In this document: positions 37,842 to 47,887 of the stretch, in pieces
Position numbering within the stretch: position 1 is the stretch's first letter
How the letters are laid out: each line of letters opens with the position of its first letter
Source of the DNA: a virus
DNA: 64,000 nt
IMG/VR virus record: IMGVR_UViG_3300044844_000428
Strand: one strand, 5' to 3'
The notes under the pieces: generated by a model
Databases searched by the model: none
What the model saw: only the letters and a program-made list of their open reading frames with translations
What the model was told of the DNA's origin: nothing
Program-made: the position numbers and the translations under genes

Positions 37842-39218
37842 TTAGAATACAAATCCTGAGGTATCTTTTTCTTGTTTGTTAGATCTTGCTACAAATGGAG
37901 TGTGATTAGAAATTCCAGTTTGAGCTTCTGATTCAACATCAAATATCCTCATTTTATTTCTGTCTATTCCTACCATGAATTTGCTGTAATAACTTGGATC
38001 ATTATAACGATTCTTTAATTGCTTAATCATTATTTGACCAAGATTTGTTAATTCTTCTGTAGAAATTAATGCTAGCATCAAATCGCATGTCTGAGGAAGA
38101 CCAATACTTTCAGAAGTATTGGTCAAATCCAAATCTGAACTATTGATACCTTCTCTATTAGATTGAGTAGCACTAACAAGTGGAACATTATACTCTACTG
38201 CCAATCCTCGTAATTCTTCAGCAATTGCTTTCACATAAGAATAACTGTTTACGCCTGCTCCATATTTCATTCGCTGTGAAGAACAAATGTTTAAGTAATC
38301 AACAAAGATTATATCTGGAGAGAAACTTTTCTTTGATTTTAATTCTTCAATCAATGCTCTAAAATGGCCGGTATGAGCAGTAGATGTCGGATATTCTTTA
38401 ATGATTAATGTGCCATGAGACTTCTGTTTAAGCTTATTAACACGAGAAGAGAAAATATTCTGTTCTATAGTCTTTAATTCTGACATTCCAAGATTTAGAA
38501 GATTAGCATCAATGCGTTCAGCAATTCTTTCTTCTGCCATTTCCATAGTAATGTATAACACATTCTTACTTTGCATTAGAGCTGCAGCAGCAAAATGGCA
38601 CATCACCAAAGATTTCCCAACACCAGTTCCCGCAAGTAATATATTGAGAGATTTTCTTGCTAGACCACCATTAGTAATTTTGTTTAGTATATCAATATCA
38701 AACGGAATCTTTTCTTCTACTCTTCTATAATATTCAAATCTAGAGTCAGAATCTTCGAAGAAATCATGGCCAACATTAGTATCAAAACAAATACTAAGAG
38801 CTTCTGATAATAAGGTTGGAATTGCTTCCTGAGTATATTTTTTATCTTTGCCATCAATGATTTGCATTGAAGAAATGATTGCATTGAATACTGCCCTGTT
38901 TTTGCAAAATTTCTCGGTTTCTTCAATAAGCCATTCGTCATTTGTTGGTTGATTCTCTAATGACTTAATTAAGTATTCAACTTCTACTAAAGTTTGGTCA
39001 TTGACATCCTGACGGTTTGATGCTTGAATTGACAGGATTTCCTGAGTTGGCATCTTATTGAACTGATCAACAAAAGACAGAATTTCTTCAGTTACAATAA
39101 TTTCAGGTCTTTCTTTAAAATATTCTCTTTTAATAAATGGAAGAACTTTTTGACTATATTCAGCGTTATGAATTAAATTAGATAAAATAGTAGTTTCTAT
39201 CTTACTCATCAATGCCAC
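37842..39218 (-). CDS. 41: replicative helicase
   Basis: LAGTGVGKS, ITMEMAEE, VDYLNI, SATQSNR, KQLKNRY. Confidence 0.97.
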   Translation of the reverse strand: MALMSKIETTILSNLIHNAEYSQKVLPFIKREYFKERPEIIVTEEILSFVDQFNKMPTQEILSIQASNRQDVNDQTLVEVEYLIKSLENQPTNDEWLIEETEKFCKNRAVFNAIISSMQIIDGKDKKYTQEAIPTLLSEALSICFDTNVGHDFFEDSDSRFEYYRRVEEKIPFDIDILNKITNGGLARKSLNILLAGTGVGKSLVMCHFAAAALMQSKNVLYITMEMAEERIAERIDANLLNLGMSELKTIEQNIFSSRVNKLKQKSHGTLIIKEYPTSTAHTGHFRALIEELKSKKSFSPDIIFVDYLNICSSQRMKYGAGVNSYSYVKAIAEELRGLAVEYNVPLVSATQSNREGINSSDLDLTNTSESIGLPQTCDLMLALISTEELTNLGQIMIKQLKNRYNDPSYYSKFMVGIDRNKMRIFDVESEAQTGISNHTPFVARSNKQEKDTSGFVF

Positions 39219-39492
39219 CTTTGAAAACAGTAGTTTTGTCTTTAAGAGATTCTTCTAAAATTTGTACTAATATATCACCCAAGCAATTTTTGAAATCTTC
39301 CTTATTATCATCAGAGATATATCCTTGATGAAGAGTATATTCGAAATTAAGGATTGGTTCATTAGGATCTGGAAATTCTACCTTTCCAAATGAAAATATA
39401 GAGCCTTTGAATTTATCTTCTAGAATTTCTAATGCAACAACTTCTGTTCCAGAAGCATCAAAGTAGTTATATGTTTCGAATTTAGTAGTCAT
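39202..39492 (-). CDS. 40: gp40-like head vertex assembly protein
   Basis: Position between uvsX and 41; FSFGKV, LNFEY, GDILVQIL. Confidence 0.65.
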   Translation of the reverse strand: MTTKFETYNYFDASGTEVVALEILEDKFKGSIFSFGKVEFPDPNEPILNFEYTLHQGYISDDNKEDFKNCLGDILVQILEESLKDKTTVFKGGIDE

Positions 39493-39561
39493 AATATTCT
39501 CAAAATGTTATTATATCATAAAAATAGAGAGTGTACACACTAGCATACACTCTCAACACTG

Positions 39562-40659
39562 TTAAACTAATTCAGAAATTTCTTCCAAATCCTCTAATTC
39601 AACCTTTGATAATTCTGATTCAATTACTGAATCAGATAGCATTTCCGATTCAGTCAATTTATAAGATTCTTTTATCCATTGCTGGAAATCCTTTTTTGCT
39701 AATATAGGAAGCCAGAATTCTTTATTGATAGTATCTTTTAATCTATATCTTTTATCTTCAAGCTCACCAGTAATTTTATCTACTCTAGAATACCAACCAT
39801 TATTTGGCTTAATGACATGACCAGATTCTAATGCCATTTCTAATAATCCTGACCATTTAGAAACACCACCTTCAAATAGAACACTAATTGGAATTTTTGA
39901 TTTTTCTCTTACATATCTTGATTTTTCTACATTGATGATAAAGTTATAACCAATGACTTCTGTTCCTTCTTTTTCTTGTTGTCTTCCAAGAATAAAAATA
40001 TTATCAGCAGATAAGTAAACACCAGTTCCACCAGAAACTACAGGTTTGCTGTAAAGCTCCTGGGTCATATAGATGTGGTTAACTGCTACCATTGGAATGT
40101 CTAATCTATTAAGATATGGTGTAATCATTCTAAAAATTGATTTCATTTGTTTAGCTCTAGACATATCTTGTACTGATTTTCCATCAATAGCATCTTCCAT
40201 TTCTTTTTTGGAAGACATATTACCTAGAGAGTCAATGATAAAAATTACCCTATCTCCTCTATCAAGTCCTTCTAATTGTTTAATGACATCAAATTTGAAT
40301 TCTTCCATATTCATTACAGGAACATGAAGAATTCTATTTGTATCAATATTAAGAGAACTAAAATATGCAGTTGGAGTTCCAAATTCGCAATCATAAAAAA
40401 TCATAATTGCTTCAGGATATTTGTCCATGTAAGCTTTAGCCATGATTAATGAAAACATCGATTTGAAATGTTTACTTGGACCACACCATAATGTCAGACC
40501 AGGAACAAAACCTCCATCCAATTCTCCAGATAATGCAACATTTAATGCAGGAATCTGAGTTTGAATCATATCCTTTTTATTAAAATATTTTGATGCACTC
40601 AATACAGAAGAATCTTTAATGGTACAAGTCTTTTTAATTTTTGCTAATAATTCTGACAT
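39562..40659 (-). CDS. uvsX: RecA-like recombinase
   Basis: GPSKHFKS, FYDCEFG, IDSLGNM, SGGTG.YLSAD, EKSRYVREKSK. Confidence 0.97.
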   Translation of the reverse strand: MSELLAKIKKTCTIKDSSVLSASKYFNKKDMIQTQIPALNVALSGELDGGFVPGLTLWCGPSKHFKSMFSLIMAKAYMDKYPEAIMIFYDCEFGTPTAYFSSLNIDTNRILHVPVMNMEEFKFDVIKQLEGLDRGDRVIFIIDSLGNMSSKKEMEDAIDGKSVQDMSRAKQMKSIFRMITPYLNRLDIPMVAVNHIYMTQELYSKPVVSGGTGVYLSADNIFILGRQQEKEGTEVIGYNFIINVEKSRYVREKSKIPISVLFEGGVSKWSGLLEMALESGHVIKPNNGWYSRVDKITGELEDKRYRLKDTINKEFWLPILAKKDFQQWIKESYKLTESEMLSDSVIESELSKVELEDLEEISELV

Positions 40660-40719
40660 AATATTTCCTTTTTAAATAATAAAATAATATTATACACTAT
40701 ATCGATTATAATGTACACA

Positions 40720-43206
40720 TTAGAAGAATGCATCTAAAGTCGATTGCTCTTTTAAATTCCAACCAATAGCATCGACAATCTTTTCTAATGGATTCAAGAA
40801 CACTTTTTCAAACTGAGTGTTGTAGTCAATATACTTATGTAATCCGAATTCCATTGGTAATTCAGTAGGGAATCCAATAACATCTTCTTTAATAGTATTT
40901 GGGAGTTTCAAATAAACATATTTTAATTTGTCTCCTGCGCCTATTAAAGGATACTTCTGATCAAGTTTCATATCTTTAACAACTTTATTGTATAATAAAC
41001 CTCCTCTGACATAAATCGGACAGCCTTTAGAATAAATAGTTTTGTCATTAGAAAATTTTATCATTCCGTTAACTGTACTTGGAATAGCAATATCTTCTAC
41101 TGCTAATGTTTTAAATTCCTGTCTAGTGTCTTCAATGAATCTTATGAGGTCCAAATTAGTGTCATTAAAAATAATATCAATAGTTGACTTCAATTTTTCT
41201 CTTATGGCAGTTGGAGTCGATGACTTTACAATCTCAATGCCCATAATTTTCATTTTTGGTTTATCATACTGAACACCTTCAGAGTTATGAACTCTTAATG
41301 CATATCTTTTCTTAGCCGTCCACAAACCTTTATCAGCAAGTACTTCTCGTTTCATTTGCATCTTTTGTTCATAGGCATTCATGTACTCTGCTAACTCGAT
41401 ATATGATTTTTCTATTAACGGAGTTAAGACTTTGCCACAGAATGAATCCATGAATTTGATTTTATCTTCTGTCGATTTTTCACCTTGAGTTGTTTCGACC
41501 AAAGTTTCCAATGATACGTACACAGAATCGGTATCCGAAGCAATAATATAATCAGTGTTATTTGTTTTCAAAGCTGAATTCAAATATTTGTTAATTCTGT
41601 TTGCTATCCATTTTATCGAGAACTGTCCAGATGATGTTATGGATTCTGCCATTCTCAAATCATAATATCGGAAGTATGGCATTCCAATAGCTCCGTATGC
41701 ACTGTTTAGTGTTTCCTTTAGAGCTAGTTGCAAGTTATTAAGTCTTGAAATTTCTTTTGATAGTTCCTTATTGTTCTTATCACTCTCGTATTGCTGTTCA
41801 TGCTTTAACATTTGTTTCTTATGCATAGAACGATTTGCATACATAGTGTCCATCAACTCTGGTAGGAATCCGCGCTTATCTTTAGAATAGCACCAACCAT
41901 TAGCAGTAATTGCATAATCAACTTTTGGAAGTTCAATTTTGTCTAATAAATTATCAATAGTGAATGACAATTTCGTAGTTGTTAATGTTTCTGGGCTGAT
42001 ATTGTATTGCATTATTAGATGAGGATATAATGATGCCAAATCGAATGACGCGATCCATTTATGAATGCCAGTAATAGGGGTCTTTACATAGGCACCCATT
42101 AATTCTCCTTTAACATTTCGGTCCATGTTAGGAATAATAATGTTCTTATTAATAAGATAGTGATAGATTGTAGAGTCCCATAGTCTAACCGGACTAAATG
42201 CTTCTTGATAATTAATCTTGGCAGTATATGCCATTGTGAGTTGTAACTCGATAAACTTTAATTGCTCATCCAATTTATCAATAAGCAATACGTCATGATA
42301 ATTGTAATCAGTATATGTAGTCCAGTCATTAGAGTAAAATTCCTTGAAAGTATTCCATTGGCTATGATCCAGTTTTCTTTCACCAAGTTCTACAAATGCT
42401 ATATGGTCTAGTCTGTATGACTCCTGGTTCTTTTTAGAATATTTCTTATAGAGTTCAATATAGTCTAAAGATGACACTCCAAGTATTTCATAAGTCTGTT
42501 GTTCTACGTTATTAACCTTTTTAGAACGTTCATTGACTATATTCCATGGAGAAAGTTTTTTAACATAATCTTCTCCTATAGTTCTTAGTAGTCTATTAAT
42601 AATGTACGGAATATCAAAGTTGTCAATATTCCAACCCGTAATAATGTCAGGGATTCTTTGTTGCCAATGAGTCACAAATTGCTGAAGTAATTGATTTTCG
42701 TCTTTACAAAGAACAAAATCTGCTTTATGTTTTCCTTCATAAGGTCTAGATCCAAATATTTTTGTAGATTTAGTTTTAAGATCTCTGACAGTAATTAGTA
42801 GAATTTCTTCATTAGCATATTTTGGATGAGGAAAACCAGATTCTTCATTTGCAGTTTCTATATCGATAGCAATGATTTTTAATAAGTCAGAATCAAACTT
42901 TATATCGGTTTTGTAATTTTCTTCAATATATTGATATGCATAGTTTGTTTGTCCATACACAGGCATCGCATTTTCATAAGTTTTTATGAAATCTTTACAA
43001 TCATTTATGGTACCTGGTTTTATTTCGTATAATTCTACTCCATGTAAAGACTTGAATGAAGAAGATTCTGAAGATTTTCCTGATGTGGTATATAAGGTAG
43101 GGTAAAAATCGATTTTCTGCTTTTGTGGCAATCCATCTCTAATAGATCTGACAAGTATTTTATTACCATATTGGATTGTATTTGTATAAAATTCGTTAAT
43201 CATCAT
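40720..43206 (-). CDS. 43: family B DNA polymerase (unsplit)
   Basis: DIET, GWNIDNFD, SFDLASLYP, LNSAYG, SDTDS, KKRYAL. Confidence 0.98.
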   Translation of the reverse strand: MMINEFYTNTIQYGNKILVRSIRDGLPQKQKIDFYPTLYTTSGKSSESSSFKSLHGVELYEIKPGTINDCKDFIKTYENAMPVYGQTNYAYQYIEENYKTDIKFDSDLLKIIAIDIETANEESGFPHPKYANEEILLITVRDLKTKSTKIFGSRPYEGKHKADFVLCKDENQLLQQFVTHWQQRIPDIITGWNIDNFDIPYIINRLLRTIGEDYVKKLSPWNIVNERSKKVNNVEQQTYEILGVSSLDYIELYKKYSKKNQESYRLDHIAFVELGERKLDHSQWNTFKEFYSNDWTTYTDYNYHDVLLIDKLDEQLKFIELQLTMAYTAKINYQEAFSPVRLWDSTIYHYLINKNIIIPNMDRNVKGELMGAYVKTPITGIHKWIASFDLASLYPHLIMQYNISPETLTTTKLSFTIDNLLDKIELPKVDYAITANGWCYSKDKRGFLPELMDTMYANRSMHKKQMLKHEQQYESDKNNKELSKEISRLNNLQLALKETLNSAYGAIGMPYFRYYDLRMAESITSSGQFSIKWIANRINKYLNSALKTNNTDYIIASDTDSVYVSLETLVETTQGEKSTEDKIKFMDSFCGKVLTPLIEKSYIELAEYMNAYEQKMQMKREVLADKGLWTAKKRYALRVHNSEGVQYDKPKMKIMGIEIVKSSTPTAIREKLKSTIDIIFNDTNLDLIRFIEDTRQEFKTLAVEDIAIPSTVNGMIKFSNDKTIYSKGCPIYVRGGLLYNKVVKDMKLDQKYPLIGAGDKLKYVYLKLPNTIKEDVIGFPTELPMEFGLHKYIDYNTQFEKVFLNPLEKIVDAIGWNLKEQSTLDAFF

Positions 43207-43262
43207 TTTTCCTCATGATATAAAAAGGGCTATTATATCATTAATAGCCCTCTGTGTACATA

Positions 43263-43823
43263 TTAGTTTGGGTGAAGCAGTTGCAATGCGTCGTAAGCAA
43301 TGTCGTGTATTGGATTATGTTTATCTACCCAGTCAATGTTAAAGTCTTCGCAATTGACTTTGCAGTATCCATTGACAGAAGATTCTGATAGTATATCAAT
43401 TCCAGTCCTAATGTCTCTGTAATGGTTATATCTTGCTAATGGTTCTAATTTTGCAGATCGGCATAAACTATCAATTACCATTTGATCAAGACTTCCTCTT
43501 ACCCAAATAATCTTAGTAGGATTAGTATCATTACTCAAGTATTCTCTTAATAAAGAAATTCCTTGTTCTACAGTAAGATCATCGGGCTTTGGTTTAAATG
43601 ATACTTCTCTTGCCGCATCAGATTGAGTATTCCACCATGACAGAGTGTCTTTAGATATAGTTCTTTTATATTTTTGAACTTGTTCTTTTGCATCAAATTT
43701 TACAAATACTGCCTTTTTCAATAAACTTGACCAAGTATCATTTTCGTCAAAGTATACCATTGATGCTGATAATACTACGGCAGTTGATTCAATATCAAGA
43801 GTTTCAATATCCAATACTAACAT
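43263..43823 (-). CDS. dexA: 3'-5' exonuclease DexA-like
   Basis: LDIETL, WVRGSLD, RDIRT, HNPIHDIAYD. Confidence 0.85.
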   Translation of the reverse strand: MLVLDIETLDIESTAVVLSASMVYFDENDTWSSLLKKAVFVKFDAKEQVQKYKRTISKDTLSWWNTQSDAAREVSFKPKPDDLTVEQGISLLREYLSNDTNPTKIIWVRGSLDQMVIDSLCRSAKLEPLARYNHYRDIRTGIDILSESSVNGYCKVNCEDFNIDWVDKHNPIHDIAYDALQLLHPN

Positions 43824-43837
43824 TCTATTTCTCCAAT

Positions 43838-44143
43838 CTAAACGATAATTTTTTGATTAGGAGGAGTGATGATTAGAGACTCTTCAAACTTTGATTTATA
43901 TTCATCAGCAAGACCTTGGGCAGGAATACAAATAGAAGCAATAGCATGTTTATTAAGAGTGATATTTGATTCTGCATAAGGTTGGAAAGCGGCAATCATA
44001 AGACCAATCTTGCCAGATTCTGTCATTTGAGTTGCAATTTGAGCGGGGTTTTCTAGTTCGTAAGTTGTATCAGTTTCTGAAGTAATGATAGAAATAACTT
44101 CATCACCTGATAATAGACGAAATGCGAGGATTGTTTGTGTCAT
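43838..44143 (-). CDS. Sm-like fold conserved protein
   Basis: RLLSGDEVIS...LENP...IITP. Confidence 0.65.
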   Translation of the reverse strand: MTQTILAFRLLSGDEVISIITSETDTTYELENPAQIATQMTESGKIGLMIAAFQPYAESNITLNKHAIASICIPAQGLADEYKSKFEESLIITPPNQKIIV

Positions 44144-44155
44144 AATATATCCATA

Positions 44156-44186
44156 AAGAAAAAAAAGGGGGATAACGAGTCCCCCT
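44156..44186 (-). terminator. terminator after hsp20
   Basis: AGGGGGA/TCCCCCT hairpin with long U-tract. Confidence 0.8.
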
Positions 44187-44193
44187 ATAAAAT

Positions 44194-44646
44194 TTAACCT
44201 AACAACAAATTATTGGAAGTATTGATTTCAAGTTTACGAGGACGGAGTTCCTCTGGGATGATATGGTCAAGAAAGATACGCAACATACCATCATTAAGTT
44301 TGATCTCAGATACTACCACATTTTCAGCAATTGTAAAAGTTCTAGTAAATGCTCTTGATGCCAATCCTTTATACAAGTAAACACTATCATCTGGTTCCGC
44401 GGATTTACCAGTCACAGTCAGTGTTCTGTTATAAAGTTCCACATCAATATCATTACGGCTAAAACCAGCAACAGCAATCTCAATTATGTAAGAATTATCA
44501 CCAACCGTTTTAATATTATACGGAGGATAAGACTTCTGATTTTTAAGATTTTCAGTGGCTTTTCTAATTGCTTCTGAATGTGTATCAAATCCTACAAAGA
44601 ATTTTAAGAGTTCTTTATCGAATTGAACTAATTGATTTGCTAACAT
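44194..44646 (-). CDS. small heat-shock protein (IbpA-like)
   Basis: YPPYNI, EIAVAGF, YLYKGLASRAFTRTF, GMLRI, PEELRPRK. Confidence 0.95.
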   Translation of the reverse strand: MLANQLVQFDKELLKFFVGFDTHSEAIRKATENLKNQKSYPPYNIKTVGDNSYIIEIAVAGFSRNDIDVELYNRTLTVTGKSAEPDDSVYLYKGLASRAFTRTFTIAENVVVSEIKLNDGMLRIFLDHIIPEELRPRKLEINTSNNLLLG

Positions 44647-44740
44647 AATGTTCTCCTTTTCAGCGAGATTTTAGTAATAATCACTCCGAAGACGTGATTT
44701 GTTTTTGATGGGTTTTAATGTTCCCCATCAGAACAAACAA
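44647..44740 (-). promoter_or_regulatory. ROSE-like RNA thermometer in hsp20 leader
   Basis: UCUCGCU-GAAA-AGGAGA hairpin sequestering the SD, preceded by two hairpins. Confidence 0.65.
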
Positions 44741-44741
44741 C

Positions 44742-44930
44742 TTATTCTGTTGGCTCTTCTGCTGGCAACAGTTCTTTAATCTGTGCCTCACCTTGAGCAT
44801 AAATTTTGCCAATTAATGCATTAATTTCATCAAATGGATATTTGCCTAGAATTGCTAGTAATTTATTTACATCAGTGATTGTTAAGACGATGTTCAATTC
44901 TGTAGTATTTTCATCTAAAGGTTGTGTCAT
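44742..44930 (-). CDS. small hypothetical protein
   Basis: 62 aa, LGKYPF..V..LI.KI pattern. Confidence 0.65.
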   Translation of the reverse strand: MTQPLDENTTELNIVLTITDVNKLLAILGKYPFDEINALIGKIYAQGEAQIKELLPAEEPTE

Positions 44931-44990
44931 ATTATATTCCAGTTTGTTAATAAAAAATAATTATATCATACAAATAACGAATTGTAAACA

Positions 44991-45407
44991 TTATTTGGAT
45001 GGTTTTCTAACACCAATATTATATTTCGGAGTTAATGTCCATTCTGATTTTTCTTGGTATGTTAAAATTTTAATAGACGATAATGAAGCTCTCTTAATAA
45101 CTTTATTAGCATCAATAACTTTTAACAGATTCCAATCTTGTAATAATATAGCAATTGCATTTCTTCTTTCGATATCATCTTGAGAAATATTAGATTCCTT
45201 TCCGTCAAGAGCAAATAATTCTTTGAAATGAACTAAATAATATCTTCCTTGTTTGTGTAGTATGTGGCATGACTGATATAATATATTGTCCTTTTTTGAA
45301 GCAACCCCAATACGTGACAGAGTTTCTTTTATTTTTAAAAAACTGTCTGGCTCAGGTATGGCAATCTCTAACATATTATCGGTCAAGTTGTCATAGTTTT
45401 CAATCAT
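44991..45407 (-). CDS. regA: translational repressor RegA
   Basis: FLKIKETLSRIGVAS, LYQSCHILHKQGRYYLVHFKELF. Confidence 0.97.
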   Translation of the reverse strand: MIENYDNLTDNMLEIAIPEPDSFLKIKETLSRIGVASKKDNILYQSCHILHKQGRYYLVHFKELFALDGKESNISQDDIERRNAIAILLQDWNLLKVIDANKVIKRASLSSIKILTYQEKSEWTLTPKYNIGVRKPSK

Positions 45408-45787
45408 TTTCGACCACCTGTATATTGTTTCTCTTTTATGAACTTGATCTGTTCACTGCTTAGCATATCCAAAACATCTTTACCTCTCTGTTTAGAATAT
45501 CCATAATATGAACAGACTGCATCTAAGTTATCAGATTTTGATTCCTTTTCAGCCCACTTCGAGAAACGCTTTTTCCTTGCAATGATATTTATATAATAGT
45601 CGAATTGTTGTTTGTTTGTCAATTGAGGATACCTATTCATTTCTGAAGCAAACATGATAGTATCAACAAAGTATGACAGACTTCTATTTACCAAAAATGA
45701 ATTGTAATCCTTTTCAGATTGTGGATCATTAAACAAGTATTCCTTAGTATAATTTATAGCATTAACAAATTCAAATGGCTTAGTCAT
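45404..45787 (-). CDS. 62: clamp loader small subunit
   Basis: YNSFLVNRSLS, EMN, RKKRFSKW, YYGYS. Confidence 0.93.
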   Translation of the reverse strand: MTKPFEFVNAINYTKEYLFNDPQSEKDYNSFLVNRSLSYFVDTIMFASEMNRYPQLTNKQQFDYYINIIARKKRFSKWAEKESKSDNLDAVCSYYGYSKQRGKDVLDMLSSEQIKFIKEKQYTGGRK

Positions 45788-45795
45788 AATATATC

Positions 45796-46746
45796 CTATT
45801 TAAACCTACAGGTTGCCATAATTTCAGTCAAACATGCCATTGTGTTAATTTCACGGTCAATGGCAAATGCATTACGATATCCCCATTCACCAAGAATTAG
45901 AACGACTTCAGGAATGCTAGGTTGTTCCAAATAGTCAATTGCTTTGTCATATAGTTTTCTATAAATTTCACTAGGTTCCGAGTCAGTATTACTGCTTACC
46001 CATTTACGAACCTCAGTGAAGTTCTTTTCTTTTAATAATTTAACAAGATTAGAAAAATTATCATCAGAAAGATTCACTAATAATCCAACGTCAATTTTAC
46101 CTGATACAGAATACCTTTGAAGTTCATTCAATATTCTTCTATAATCTGGAAAGTGTTTGATGACCAATTCAGATACAACCTTAGCATCAAATTCAACATT
46201 TTCTGATTTTAAGATTTGTGTTACTCTTTTAAAGAATAATGCAGCTATTAATTGTTTATCTTTATTAGAAATTTTAAACTCAATGCATGTGCATCTGCTG
46301 TGAAGTGGTTCAATAATTCTATCTTTGAAATTACAAGTGAATATGAATCTGCAATTAGCAGAGAATTCTTCCATAAATGAACGTAACGCCGGTTGGACAG
46401 AATTGGGATTCATATAATCAGCTTCATCAATAATGATTACCTTTTTAGAATCAGTAAGAGATACAGTTGAAGCAAAACTTCGAATAGTACCTCTTAATAC
46501 TTCAATTGATCTTCCTTCATCTGATCCATTAATGACAATATATTCAGCACCAATTTCATTACATAGAGCTTTTGCTATTGTTGTTTTACCAACGCCAGCA
46601 GTTCCTGATAAAAGAAAATTTGGAAGTTGTGATTTGCTTACAAATTCTTTAAATGTCGTTTTGAGAGATTCAGGAAGAATGCAGTCTTCTATATTTTGAG
46701 GACGGTATTTTTCTACCCATAAGAATTGATTGTCAATAGTGTTCAT
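45796..46746 (-). CDS. 44: clamp loader large subunit
   Basis: WVEKYRP, GVGKTT, IIDEAD, LHSRC, FPDYRR. Confidence 0.97.
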   Translation of the reverse strand: MNTIDNQFLWVEKYRPQNIEDCILPESLKTTFKEFVSKSQLPNFLLSGTAGVGKTTIAKALCNEIGAEYIVINGSDEGRSIEVLRGTIRSFASTVSLTDSKKVIIIDEADYMNPNSVQPALRSFMEEFSANCRFIFTCNFKDRIIEPLHSRCTCIEFKISNKDKQLIAALFFKRVTQILKSENVEFDAKVVSELVIKHFPDYRRILNELQRYSVSGKIDVGLLVNLSDDNFSNLVKLLKEKNFTEVRKWVSSNTDSEPSEIYRKLYDKAIDYLEQPSIPEVVLILGEWGYRNAFAIDREINTMACLTEIMATCRFK

Positions 46747-46761
46747 TATATAAAGTTCCTA

Positions 46762-47424
46762 TTAGATATTAAAAGTAGAATCTGCCTCGATACCGACATA
46801 ATAGACCAAATCAGATGTTGTTGAAGAGAATCTTGATACTCTTTTAGAAGAAATAGAAACTTGATATTCTCCTGGGATAAATTTTAGCATGTCAACTTTA
46901 ACATTAACTTTGAATTCTAAGTCTGTATTGCCAAGTTCCAATTCAAAAGAATTTGAAGTGTCATTTTTCTTATCAGCAACTACAATTTTGACTTGACCAT
47001 CTTGACCAACAAATGACACATCAGACGCTTTTAATACTGATGCAGTTTTACTGATAAGTGATAAATTTTCAGCAGTGAGTAATAACTGAATCTCTGCTTC
47101 TGGAAAATTGATGTCCTTTTTTGGAACTTCAAGAACTGATTCATCAGCAGCATAATATTTTATGGAATTATTTTCTTCAAAGATTTTAACATATTTTTCA
47201 TTAAATTCTAATTCAGGATTTTGAAATAATGATAATACACTAAGGAACTCTGATAGATCGTAAATGCCAAATTCAATAGGGAATGTGTCAGATACTGTTG
47301 CTGTTGATAATAGAGTGTTTTGGATTGTTCTGGTTTTTAGAATATTTCCAGGAGAAAATAAAATATTTTGATTAATACTACTATAATTTTTTAATACAGA
47401 TAACGTGTCTTTGCTAAGTTTCAT
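46762..47424 (-). CDS. 45: sliding clamp
   Basis: MKLSKDTLSVLKNYSSIN, FGIYDLSEFL. Confidence 0.96.
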   Translation of the reverse strand: MKLSKDTLSVLKNYSSINQNILFSPGNILKTRTIQNTLLSTATVSDTFPIEFGIYDLSEFLSVLSLFQNPELEFNEKYVKIFEENNSIKYYAADESVLEVPKKDINFPEAEIQLLLTAENLSLISKTASVLKASDVSFVGQDGQVKIVVADKKNDTSNSFELELGNTDLEFKVNVKVDMLKFIPGEYQVSISSKRVSRFSSTTSDLVYYVGIEADSTFNI

Positions 47425-47481
47425 AATAACTCCATAATTAATAAAATGATATTATATCACAGTTTGCTTAAATTTTAAACA

Positions 47482-47886
47482 TTATTCCTTTGAATATTTT
47501 ACTACATGTTCATAAAGGAACATTAAATTGCAGATAGCATGAGCAATATGATGAAGTTGAGATTCGGAATCTAATTCCTCACCTTCACGATATTCCCATT
47601 GGTGTCTTTGCGCAGCATTAAAATATCTGCGTTTAGCATCTGGTACATGAATCCAGTTATCAGGTTCATATTTATGAGCACCATAAGTCATTACTCTGGC
47701 AGTTTCAGTAAGTGCTAATGGTGGAATAAGACCAAACTCTGGTTTACCACCATCAAATTTTCTTCCACCAGTAGTAGCTGTTTGCGATGCTTTTACATCA
47801 TTTAATTTTGAAACATATTTCTGATCATATTCAAATTGAGTCATTCTTGCTCCTCTGTCATAGTCATCTGAAAATGCTAAACTCAT
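47482..47886 (-). CDS. dATP/dGTP diphosphohydrolase-like (DUF5664)
   Basis: GRKFDGGKP, VMTYGAHKY..NW, DSESQLHHIAHA.CNLMFL; start MSLAF. Confidence 0.85.
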   Translation of the reverse strand: MSLAFSDDYDRGARMTQFEYDQKYVSKLNDVKASQTATTGGRKFDGGKPEFGLIPPLALTETARVMTYGAHKYEPDNWIHVPDAKRRYFNAAQRHQWEYREGEELDSESQLHHIAHAICNLMFLYEHVVKYSKE

Positions 47887-47887
47887 A

